Below are positions 49,049 to 61,000 of a stretch of DNA of 64,000 nucleotides, piece after piece. Numbering within the stretch: the first letter of the stretch is position 1; every line of letters starts with the position of its first letter. The notes below the pieces were generated by a model, which saw nothing but the letters and a program-made list of their open reading frames with translations, searched no databases and was not told where the DNA came from. The DNA lies in contig CAVUKB010000004.1 in the NCBI GenBank assembly GCA_963741955.1, positions 64,001 through 128,000 of the forward strand, given 5' to 3'. This DNA is from an uncultured Acidobacteriota bacterium (GTDB lineage Bacteria; Acidobacteriota; Thermoanaerobaculia; Gp7-AA8). The translations under genes and the position numbers were made by a program.

Positions 49049-52000
49049 ATGACTTCACCTTCGCAGAAAGCCATGAAAATGACGCAATCTCGCCAGACGG
49101 AGTCGCCCATCGGCCTCGACACTCAGAGACAATCAGACTGTCCCTCTCGAACCGGTTTATTCCGGACTACGGAGCGGCAGCAAGCGCGCGCGAGCGCCGC
49201 GCTCGTCGACACTGATCAGACAACCTGCCTGGATCGCCTCGGCGTGACTCTCGACGAGAGCAAGGATCATCGCCACGAGTTCCTCGTTCAGCACGTCCAC
49301 CATGCGGATCTGAATGACAGTGGGAAGACGCTGGGAGCTCAGGGCGAGGAGGTCGCTGAAGTCGAGGTCCCGGGTGACGACGACCCAGCCTTGCCGTCGA
49401 GCTCTCTCCAGAATCTCGGAATCAGCTGCGGTCGGCTCGCCGATCGACATCCAGTGAACGCTCTCGATCCCTCTTGTCGACAGCTTTCGCGCGAGGGAAG
49501 GAGCGAGATTGAAGTCGATCAGCAGCTTCACTGCGGGTCCGCAGCCTTACCGATCTCGACCTCGGCCTCGGACGAACGCCACGCTCCGTACGCCAGTGCC
49601 TCGCGGATGTCCGCTTCCTCGAGGTACGGATACTCGGACAGAATCTCCTCGGCAGTTCGCCCGGACGCAAGGAGCCCGAGGATCGTTCCCACCGTCACCC
49701 GCATCCCGCGGATGCACGGCTTTCCGCCCATGACTGCCGGATCCCTGGTGATGCGTGTCAGCCGATGCATGTCAGCCCTCCAGCGGAAGATCGGCGGTGC
49801 GGCTGCCGATCGTGTCCATTCCATCTCCCGCAACGCCACGGCCCGAACCCGAAATCTCGACAGGCCGAGGCATACTTCGAGCAGCCGCAGGAGCTCGGCT
49901 CTGAGCGGCCTCTCCGCCGCGCTGCTTCTCTTCTTCGCGCTACTTCCCGCCCTCCCTCTTTTCGCCCAATCTCCGACCGAAGTCGTCGTTCAGGAAGACT
50001 TCCAGTCGTACCCGACCCAGGCCAACCCGCAAGGCTGGGTCGATACCTCCGTCGGCAACCCGCACCCCCAGGCCGAGGGGCTGTACAAGACGTGGCCGGA
50101 TCCGACGCAGGGGAACAAGGGAGCGAATGTCGTCTACGGGACGAAACAATCCTCCGGCAAACCGGAAGGGCGCAACCCGCGCATCGGGACATTCTCCACA
50201 CTCGTCGATCACACATTCGGCACAAAGGGACGTTTCGAATACCGCGGGCGTTTCATCCGCACGCGCTCCGACGCGCGCATCGGCCTCACGTTCCTCTCCT
50301 CCTATCCCGACTCCGACCACTATTACCTTCTCGGCCTCTGGTCCCAGGCGACGTCGAGCAAGCTCACCATGCAGCTCTTCTCGTTCGGCGCGGGGACGCT
50401 GACCGGCACCATCGACAGCAACTTCACTCCCGAGCCCGGCAAGTGGATCCGCTTCCTCATTCAGGTCGACGGATCGGACGCTGGCAACAAAATCCGCGCG
50501 CGCTTCTGGATCGACGGCACCGACGAGCCGTCCGGATTCACGATCGAGGCGGAAGACTCCGCCGCGGGACATCTCGCGTCGGGCCGCATCGGTATCTGGG
50601 CCGCAGTCAAGGGCGACGCATACTTCGACGAGCTCTTCGCGAAGTACCCGGTCGACATCACCGCGCCCGCAATCTCCTTCCTCGAGTCGGGAACTACGCT
50701 CAACGACGGCGCGAAGTTCAACCGCGACGTCGCCCCCGCGATTCAGGTCGTCGACGACACCGACCCGAGCCCCTCCTGGTCCGCAACGCTCGACGGACAG
50801 CCGTTCACGTCCGGAACGACGGTCGCCGCCGAGGGAACGCATCTCCTTGCAGTCGACGCGGCCGACTCAGCCGGGAACGCGTCGCACGCCCAGCTCTCCT
50901 TCTTCATCGACAAGACTGCGCCGCTCCTCGCGGTTACCGAATCGGGCGCGCCACTCGCCGACGGCGCGATCTTCGATCACGATGCTGTCGTCTCGATTGT
51001 CGTGACCGACATCAGCGCGACCACCGACGCGATCCTCCTCGATGGCCAGCCTTACACATCGCTCACCCCGATCACCACGGAAGCGCAGCACGAGCTTTCC
51101 GTCTCTTCGATCGACGAGCTCGGAAACGGCCCCACGACGTTCGGTCCGGTTCATTTCTTCGTCGACGAGACCGCGCCGGTCGTGACCATTCTCCAGAACG
51201 GAGCGACGCTCCAGGAAGGCTCGGCGTTCAACCACGACGTCACCGGCTCACTCGCTATCGAAGACCTGACCCCGACCACGAGCTCCATGGCCCTCGACGG
51301 GCAGCCCTATGCGTCCGGAACGCCGATCAGCACCGACGGCTCTCACACCCTCGCCGCGACGGTCACGGACTCCGCTGGTCACACCACCACCGCCGGCCCG
51401 CTCCATTTCATCCTCGACGAGGCAGGGCCCACGGTCACCATCCTCGAGAGCGGCCAGCCGTTCCCGGCGGCCTATTTCTTCAACCGGGATGTCGTCGCGT
51501 CGGTCTCAGTCGACGACATCGCGCCGCACACCGCGACGATGTCTCTCGATGGTCAGCCGTACACGGAAGGGACGCCGATCACCGCCGAAGGTCCGCATGA
51601 GATCTCGGCGCACGTGACGGACACCGCAGGAAACGACGTGACCGTCGGTCCGATCGCGCTCACCATCGACAAGACTCCGCCCGTCGTGACGCTCCTCGAG
51701 AGCGGCCAGCCGTTCGCGGCGGGCCAGACGTTCCCACGCGACGTGGTCGCGGATGCCACTGCCACCGACACGATCTCGAAGGCCACGCTCACTTTGACCC
51801 TCGATGGGCAGACGTACGTCGCCTCCACTCCCGTCACCGCCGAAGGAGAGCACACCTTCGCCGCGACCGCCGTCGACCAGGGGGGGAACACGGCGTCCGC
51901 CTCCGTCTCCTTCGTCATCGACGAGACTCCCCCCGAGTTGTCGTTGCTCCTCGGCGGGCAACCGTTCCCGGCCGACCTCTGGACGAATCAGGATGTCACT

Positions 52001-55000
52001 CCCGAGCTCGACATCGTCGACATCTCCACCACCACGACCGACGCGACGCTCGACGGAGCACCGTACGCGATCGGCGCGCCCGTCTCTCTGGAAGGGGAGC
52101 ACGTTCTCGACGTCGCCGTGACCGATGCCGCGGGGTGGACCACGACGCTCGACGCGGTGACGTTCCACATCGACCGCGTACCTCCGGCACTCACTGTCAC
52201 TTCGCATCAGCAGGGTCAGGTCTTGCCGGAGCCGCGCGTCGTCCTCGCCGGCGGTGCGGATGACGCCGTGAGCGTCACGGTGAACGGCCAGACGGCGACG
52301 GTCGACGCGACGGCGAGAACGTGGACTGCGCCCGAGCTTCCACTGCTCGAAGGAAGCAACGCGTTCACGATCCGCGGGACGGACCGCGCCGGGAACAGCG
52401 GGGAGATCACGCTGAATCTAGTTGCCGACACCCGCGCGCCGGAGCTCGCGATCGTGGCGCCCGTTGCCGGAAGCTGCGTCGCCGGCTCGCCGCTCGAGAT
52501 CCGCGGTTCAGCCAGCGATCCCGAGATCGGCGACGTCGTGGTCTCCGTCGATGGAACGTCGGTTCCCGCCTCGCTCGACGCGTCCGGCAACTTCGTCGTC
52601 ACGTTCGCCAACCTCTCCGAAGGAGAGAAGAACGTCACCGTCACGGCGACGGATACGATCGGACATGCGACCTCGCTCGTCCTCCCGCTCAGCATCGACC
52701 GCACGCCGCCGGTCATCGCCGTCACCGAGGGCGGCAAGCCATTCACCGCGACGCTCGTGAACCGCCCGATTGCACTCTTCATCAGCACCAGCGACGCCGA
52801 CCCGAACGCGAAGCCGGTGGCAACGCTCGACGGCGCGGCGTACTCCTCCGGCTCCACGATTGCGAATGAAGGTGCCCACGCGCTTCAGATCACCGCGACC
52901 GACTGTGCCGGTCTCACCGCGACGAGCTCCCTTACCTTCACCATCGACACGACCGCACCGACCATCACGAACCTCCTCCCCGCCAACGGTGCCACGGTAG
53001 GGGAGATGCCGACGACGGTCACCGGCAAGACCGATCCTGACGTCCACGACCTCGTCGTTCGAGCCTCGAGCCTCGAGTCCCGAGCCTCGTCTTTCGCCCC
53101 CGACGGCACCTTCACCATCCCCAGCGTCCCCTTCGCCGAAGGGGAGAACCGCTTCACGATTCACGCGACCGATGACGCCGGAAACTCCAGCGACACGCCG
53201 TACGTCGTCACCGTCCGCACGACGACTCCTTCTCTCGAGATCCTCGACAGCGGCTCGCCGATCCCGCCCGGCGCGCTCTACAACCGCACCGTCACGCCGG
53301 TGATCCGCAGCGGAGCCTCCGACGCGACGATCTCCGCGACCCTCAACGGCGATCCCTTCACCTCGGGGACGGAGATCACCGCGGACGGCGCGTACACTGT
53401 CGACGCCACCGCCACCGACTCGCTCGGCCACAGCGGGAACGCAACCGCGACGTTCTCGATCGACCGCACGCCTCCCGCTGTCGCGATCGCCTCGCCCGCC
53501 GACGGCGCGGCGATCGACGCCGATCAGGTCGTGGTGACCGGCACGTCCGGGGATGCGACATCCGTCAATGTCGACGGCGCGCCCGCCGCACTCGACGGCA
53601 GCGGCCACTTCACCGCGACGCTTCCGCTCGAACCGGGCGAAACGGCGATTATTGCGACCGGCCGTGACGCCGCCGGCAACTCCGGCACCGCTCAGATCAC
53701 CGTCACCCGCGCCGCTGCTGCGACCGGCATCATCCTCACGTCACCCACCGACCACTCCCTGACCAACCGCCCGACCACAGTCGTCACTGGCCGCATCCTC
53801 ACTCCCGCAAATGCCGTGTCGCTCGTCATCGACGGCACCGCGCTCGGAGCGCAGGCTACCGGCCGGCGCTCTCCTTCAAATGCACCCGGATCCACGCCGC
53901 TCGCGACGGCCCATTCCCCTCTCCCCGTCCGGACCTTTGCCTCGGGCGTAAATCGAACTCCGGGGAGAGGGGTCAGGGGTGAGGGGCAACTACGCGCGCA
54001 AACCGAAGTTGTGAGCACGAGTCCCGAGTCCCGAGCCTCGAGCCTCGCAACTCCCTTCGACCCCACCGGCGCATTTCGCGTCACCGCGTTCCCTCTGGTC
54101 GAAGGCGAGAACACCATCACCGCGACCGTCACCGACAAGTCCGGCAAGACCAGCACCGCGAGCGTCCGGATCACAGCAGACCTGACCCCACCCGCTGTGT
54201 CGCTGCTCGAATCAGGCCAGCCTCTGGAGGACCAGGCCCGTTTCGCGACGCAAGCCCTCCTCTCCGCGACGGCGACCGACTCCGGTGCCGCCATCGACGC
54301 GACCCTCACCATCGACGGCGCGTCTGCCACGTCGCCCGGCACGATCACGGCTGCCGGCCCGCACATCGCAATCGCCTCGGCACGCGACACGGCCGGCAAC
54401 GTGACCCGCGTCCAGCGCACGTTCTTCATCGGTACGGAGCAGGGGAGTGGGTGCGGTCTCTCCGCATTCGATCCTGCCGATGGCTCCGTCGTCACCGCGA
54501 GCTCCGTCACGCTCGTCGGCCGCAGCGGCGGCGCAGCCGGCGTCACGGTCAACGGTGTCCCCGCAGTGGTCGCGAACGGCTCGTTCTCCGGCACCGCGGA
54601 GCTCCCGCAGGAAGGGCCGAACCTCGTCACCATCCGCTGCACCGACGCCTCCGGCAACCCCACCGGCGGCCCGGTCACCCTCACTCTCAACCGCGTCACC
54701 GGCAATCCATCCGTTTCCATCACCACTCCCGCCGAGATGGCGACGTTCGCCGCCGGAACCGTCGATGTCACCGGCACGTACGCCGATGCCTCCCGCGTCG
54801 ACGTCAACGGAGTCGCCGCGACGCTCGCGAACGGAACCTTCAGCGTCGCCGCGCTCCGTCTCTCTCCTGGTCTGAACATCCTGGTCGCCCGTGCCACCAA
54901 CGAAGCCGGCCGCAGCTCCATCGCTTCGCGCCGCGTCCTCTATCTCGACAAGTCGTCCGTGATCTCCATCGACTGGCCGAACGACGGCTTCACCACCGGC

Positions 55001-58000
55001 GCCGCCTCTCTGGACGTCAGCGGCACGTGGAGCAATCTCGTTCCGTCGACCATCACAGTCAGTGTGAGCGGCGTGCAAGAGGCGAGAGACGAGAGGCGAG
55101 GGGCGAGAAGGAACACAACAGGTCGGCTGCGGTCGGCGGAGCCACGATCGAAGAACGATGTCGCGAGCGACGACGGTACGGTTTCTTCACGCACCGCCCG
55201 CCACTCGACACACGCCTCCGATCGCATCGCAGCGCAGGGAGAGAAGAATGAGCTTCGACTATCGCGATCTGAAAGCGTGGCAGCTCGGAATGCAGATGGC
55301 TCGTCGGGTCTACGAGATCACGCGAGATTTTCCGAAGCGAGAACAGTACGGCCTGACGCAACAGATCCAGAAGGCAGCCGTTTCGGTTCCGTCGAACATT
55401 GCGGAAGGTCATGCGAGGGATTCGACGGCGGACTTCCTCCGCCATCTGTCGATCAGTCGCGGTTCGCTCGCGGAATTGGAAACGCAGCTGATCTTGGCGA
55501 AAGCTTTTGGATATCTCCCTCTGCAGAGCCTGGAGGAGTTGATGAAAGTATCGGACGAGCTGAGCCGAACTCTGAGGGGACTTCAAAAATCGTTGAGGCG
55601 TCGACTGGAGAAGAAACCATAGCGGAAGTGTCGATCGATGCGATTGCGTGGTCCGACACGACTGGAAACTTCATCGCTCACGCGGTGCCCTTGCTTCCCG
55701 GTACTCAGACCATCACCGTGACGGGTTCGACCATGGATGGTCGCATCGCCACCACGAGTATTCGGGTGACCAGAATCGATGGCGAATCAGACATTACGAT
55801 CGATTCGCCTCTCGCCGAATCCTGGTTCAGCGCGAACGCGGGAGATCCGATCTCCGTCGCCGGCACCTTCACTGCAGCTCCCGGTTCCAATGTCGAGGTG
55901 AATGGTTCGACGGCGACCCTCGGCGTCGCCTCTTCTTCGACCAGAACAGTCACCCTCGCCGCGTCCTCAACGAGCGCTGTCTCTGCGCACCCCGTTTCTT
56001 CGCTCGCCTCTCGCCTCTCGCCTCTCGCCTCTTCTTCGACCAGAACAGTCACCCTCGCCGCGTCCTCAACGAGCGCTGTCTCTGCGCACCCCGTTTCTTC
56101 GCTCGCCTCTCGCCTCTCGCCTCTCGCCTCTTCTCCTTACTCTGCAACCGCCGCGTTCTCCTCCTCCGACCCCACTCCCATCATCGCCCGCGTCACCCAG
56201 CCCGACGGCCTCTCCGCGATCACGACCATCTTCGTCCATCACCTCTCGGGCGCTCCTGCAGTGAAGGACGTCTTCCCCGCGGACGGCGCCACTTCCGTCG
56301 ATCCCGCAGCGCTGATCCTCGTCTCCTTCTCCGCGCCGATGGACCGCGCGTCGCTCTCGGCCGCATTCACGCTCGAGAACATGAGCGGCATGCCCGTCGC
56401 CGGACAGATGCGTCTCGATCGCGATGTCCTCAGCTTCGCCCCCGCGACGACTCTCAATCCCGGCGAGCGCTATACCGTCCGTCTCTCGACCGCCGCGAAG
56501 GACCTCGCCGGGAATGCGCTCGCCTCCGAGTTCACCAGCAGCTTCACGATCTCCACCACGGCGCCATCCACCGCGCCGGTGGTGAACCCGGTCGCCTCGC
56601 CCCTCTGCTCGGATCGGGTCGCCCTCAGCGGCACGGCACTTGCGGGGTCACGTCTGCGGATCGATTTCAAGGGCGTTCCGCAGTTCACGGCCGCGGCTCC
56701 GACGGAACGTGGCATTTCGATCTCGCCATCCCCGCCGAATCGGGATTCGACGTGGTCCGCGTCCGCATCGTCGGCGGCGACGGCACGCTCTCGCCTGCGG
56801 CCGAAGTGAAGTTCCAGGTCGACTGCGCCGGTCCGCAGCTTCTCGGCGCGTCCTACGACCGCACCACGAACATCGTCACCATCGACGTTCTCGAAGCCGA
56901 TGGATCTCGCATCAGCGTCCACCGGCCGAACTCCGCTCTCTCTCTCCAGATCGCCGACGGCACGATCCTCGGCGGCACCGTCGCGCAGGGCGACGAGCTC
57001 CTCTTCGCTCACCCTTACGCCAGCATCCGATCTGACGCAGCAGACGTTCACGCTCAACGTCACGACCGCGATCAAAGACACTACCGGCCGCAACCTCGTC
57101 TCCGGCTATACGCAGACCTTCGCCACCGGCTCCGGATCCGAACCTCCTCCCACCGACGGCACCGGCTACATCTCCGGCAAGATCCTCGACGCCGCCACCG
57201 GTCGCCCCCTCGCGGGCGCGGACATCACCATTGACGTCCCCGTGAACGCCTTTGCCCGAGGGGAGCAAGCTCATAGCTTGCTCTCTCGTTCCACTGGATC
57301 CGCACCCATGCCTCTCGGGACCTCCGGTTCCCCTCTCCCCGTCCACACCCAGGCCTCGGGCGCAATTCGCACTTCGGGGAGAGGGGTCAGGGGTGAGGGG
57401 CAGCTACGCGCGCTGAGCGAAATCGTAAGCGCCGCTTCGTCCACCCTCTCCTCCGACGCCACCGGCACCTATACCACCCGCCTTCCCGAAGGCGCCTACA
57501 CCATCCACGCATCCGCTCCCGGCTACACCGAGGTCTGGCGCCAGATCGTCGTCCCGGCCGGCCAGGGCGTCCTCCCGATCGACATCCGTCTCACACCCCT
57601 CGGCGCCACCGGCACCGTCGGAGCGGCCTCCATCGAGCCCCGAGCCTCGAGCCTCGAGCCTCGGTTCCGTCGGCTCTCCCACGAGCCCCGAGCCTCGAGC
57701 CTCGAGCCTCGGCTCTGTCGGTTCTCCCACGAGCCCCGAGCCTCGAGCCTCGAGCCTCGGCATCCTCTTCAGACCTGACCCTCTCCCACGGCGGCGAGAC
57801 ATCCGTCACCCGCCCCGCGACGCTGACCGTCCCCTCCGGCGCCGATCACCTCCGGCACGACACTGACACTCACCTCCGTCGGCGGCCAGTCCCTCGCCGG
57901 CCTCCTCCCTCTCGGCTGGTCCCCGCTGGCGTCCACAGAGATCTCCTCCGTCGCCACGTCCGCGAACGCAGCCCGAGGGGAGCGAGCTTATAGCTTGCTC

Positions 58001-61000
58001 TCTCCGAAGACATCCGCAGAAATCGGACCTGCCAGCGCGAATCGCCCAGCGTCCTCCCTCGCCGCTCCGGTTTCGTCCTCACTCGTCTCTCGCCTCTCGT
58101 CTCTCGCCTCTCTCCCCAACTCCACTCTCACGTTCACCGTCCCTTACACCGATATCACCAGCGCGGCTCAGACCCTCACCGCCGTCCGCTACGACAGCGA
58201 TCGCGACGAATGGATCGTCCTCGAGCCCGTCGTCAGCATCACCTCCGACGGCCCCGCCTCGATCACCGTCGACTCCACCGGCGCGTACGCTCTCGTCTAC
58301 CCGGATAAGGACTCGGGGAGTACTCTGCAGACTCCACCGCTCCCCATTCCAGGCTCGGCGCTCGCCGGCGTCACTCCCGTCGACCTCGATCCGACGACCA
58401 TCACCGCATCTCTCACCCTCGATCCTTCGATCGTTCTCCCCAGCGGCCGAACCGTCGGCACCCTCACGGTCTCTCCGAGCCTCGAGCCTCCAGCCTCGAG
58501 CCTCGCGTTCCCCTCGGGCACCGCAGTCCAGGCGTTCGTCCACGAAGAGCTGCGTCTCGTCGACGGAACCGTCGTCGCGGACCAGCCGTTCTCCGCGGAC
58601 CTCGTCCTCTACCGCACGCTCTCCGGCGCTCCGGCGACCGCGGCGTTCCACCTCCAGCCGAGCGCGAAGGCCGCGACGGTTCCGCTGCAGATCGGCTACG
58701 ACCACATCCGCGTCTTTCCGTATCCCGGACGCCTCGACCGCGGCACACTCATCGGCCCCGAGGGTGGACGCGTTCCCTCGGATGGGGGAGTGGAGCTCGA
58801 GATCCCGCCCGGCGCAGCCACCGAGCCGCTCCACGCCAGCGCGACGTCGCTCGACGCCACTGCGCTCGCTTCCTACGGCACCATCGACGGCTTCACCCTC
58901 GTCGGCGGCTTCACGTTCTCGCTCGACCGCGCAGTCGGGGGAGAAGAGGCGAGAGACGAGAGGCGAGAGGCGAGTGGATCTGACGCCCGAGGCTCTCGTG
59001 GCTCGGGCTCTTCGTCACGCGCATCGGAGATTGGAGCTGGCAACGGTGATCGTGAAGCGTTCTCTCTCGCCTCTCGTCTCTCGCCTCTCGCCTCTGACGT
59101 CGCGTCCCCCACGCTTCTCGCCTCCGCCCGCGCGACCTTCTCCGTCGACACGACCAATCTCACCGCGCCCCAGTTCATCCTCGCCGAGGTCCTCGGCGAC
59201 ACGCCGTACGGCCGTGTGATCCGTCTTGCGAACGTGATGGAACCACTTGTTGGAGGAGCCGAGGCTCGAGACTCGAGGCTCGAGGCTCGCAGCGGCATCG
59301 CCCGTGGAGAGCAGGCTTATAGCCTGCTCCCTCCGGTACCATCTTCAGACACGGGTGTCGCGAACGATCATCGTCAGGCGTCCTCTCTCGCCTCTCGCCT
59401 CTCGTCTCTCGCCTCTGATTCCACGCGCATCACCACATCCAGGATCGATCCCTCGAACCTCCCTCTCGACGGCATCTCCCACTCCGGGATCTACCTCCTC
59501 CTCCGCGCGAACCAGCCCATCGCCTACGCGACGGGTCTCGTCCGCTTCGGCATCTCCGGCCTCTACGCCTCCGACGCCAGCGTCCTCTCACTCACGTCGA
59601 CGCCACTCGGGACGGCGTCGGTCAAGGAGGCGAGAGGCGAGAGGCGAGAGGCGAGGGGAGGAACGAATTCCGGACTTCTGTCATCGTCACCCGCTGATGC
59701 GCAGGCTCATAGCCTCCGCTCTGGTTCCGGCAAATCCGTACCCGCGACTCTCGCGACGCCCGCTTCCCCTCTCCCCGTCCGCACTCTCGCCTCGGGCGCA
59801 AATCCCAATTCGGGGAGAGGGGTCAGGGGTGAGGGGCAACTACGCGCGCAGAACGAGGTCGCTCGCAGGGCCTCCTCCCTCGCCTCTCGTCTCTCGTCTC
59901 TCGCCTCTTCTCCCGCGTCGCTCGCCGCTTCGTCCCCCCTCGGCACCACCGACCTTACCCGCCCCACCGGCCTCTTCTCCATCCCCGTCGTCGCCACTCC
60001 CGCGGATCCCTTTGCGCTCCAGCCCTCGCACCCATCCACCGGCGCCGGCACCCCCTGGACCGCAAACTCCAGCCCTGACCCCGGCATCGTCATTCACGTT
60101 GGCGATCTTGTTCTCACATCGCAGCCGCCGCAGCTCCAGCACGTCAACGTCATTGGCGGCGACCCCTCCGGCACGATCGACCTCGTCGCCGTGAACGGGG
60201 CAGGCGAGATCTCCCTAGGCACGAGTGTTCAGGCCCTCTTCGACGTGAACCTCGATCCGGCATCCGCCGGCGCGACCTCGCTCGTCGTCACCGACGCGTC
60301 CACGCAGACCGTCGTCGCGGGCACCGCGATGCTCGCCGGCTCGACCCTCACCTGGACCGCATCCACTCCGAACGCGCTTGCGCCGTCGAGGCAATACAGG
60401 GTGACCCTCTCAGCCACGCTCCGCGGCGCGAACGGCGCCCCGCTTGGGACGACCCGCACGTTCGCCTTCACCACCGTTTCGCAGATCACCAGCACCGAGA
60501 TCGATCCTTCCAAGATCCACATCACCATCCCCGACGCGAACGGCGTATCCACAATTTACGGCCTCCCCGGCGCGCTCCCCTCCGGCTGGCGCGCCGTCGC
60601 CCTCCGCCGCGGCACCGCCTTCGTCACGCAATACCAGACCACCGCCGCAGGGGATGGAAGTTTCTCGTTCGCGATCGGCGGGTGCGGGGGAGGGACGGGG
60701 GTCGGGGGTCAGGGGTCAGGGGTCAGGGAGCTGAGTCGATCTGATCGCCGGACCTCTGAGATTTCCCGCGACGAAGCCTTGTCCCTGTATTCGTCGACCC
60801 ACACGTCACCCCGACCCCTGACCCCCGACCCCGGACCCCTAAGCTCCGTCTCGCAACCACAATTACGAAAGGCCACTCATGAAGATACAAACCTATCGCG
60901 ATCTGGTCGTCTGGCAGGAATCGATGCAGCTCGCGAAACAGGTGGTCCTGATCGCGCGTCGGTTTCCTCGGGAGGAACTCTTCGGATTGTCGGCGCAGGT

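Noticed and set aside
45680-49970. Integron cassette array
   Set aside because: No integrase and no recognisable attC RYYYAAC/GTTRRRY ends; only the repeated layout is similar
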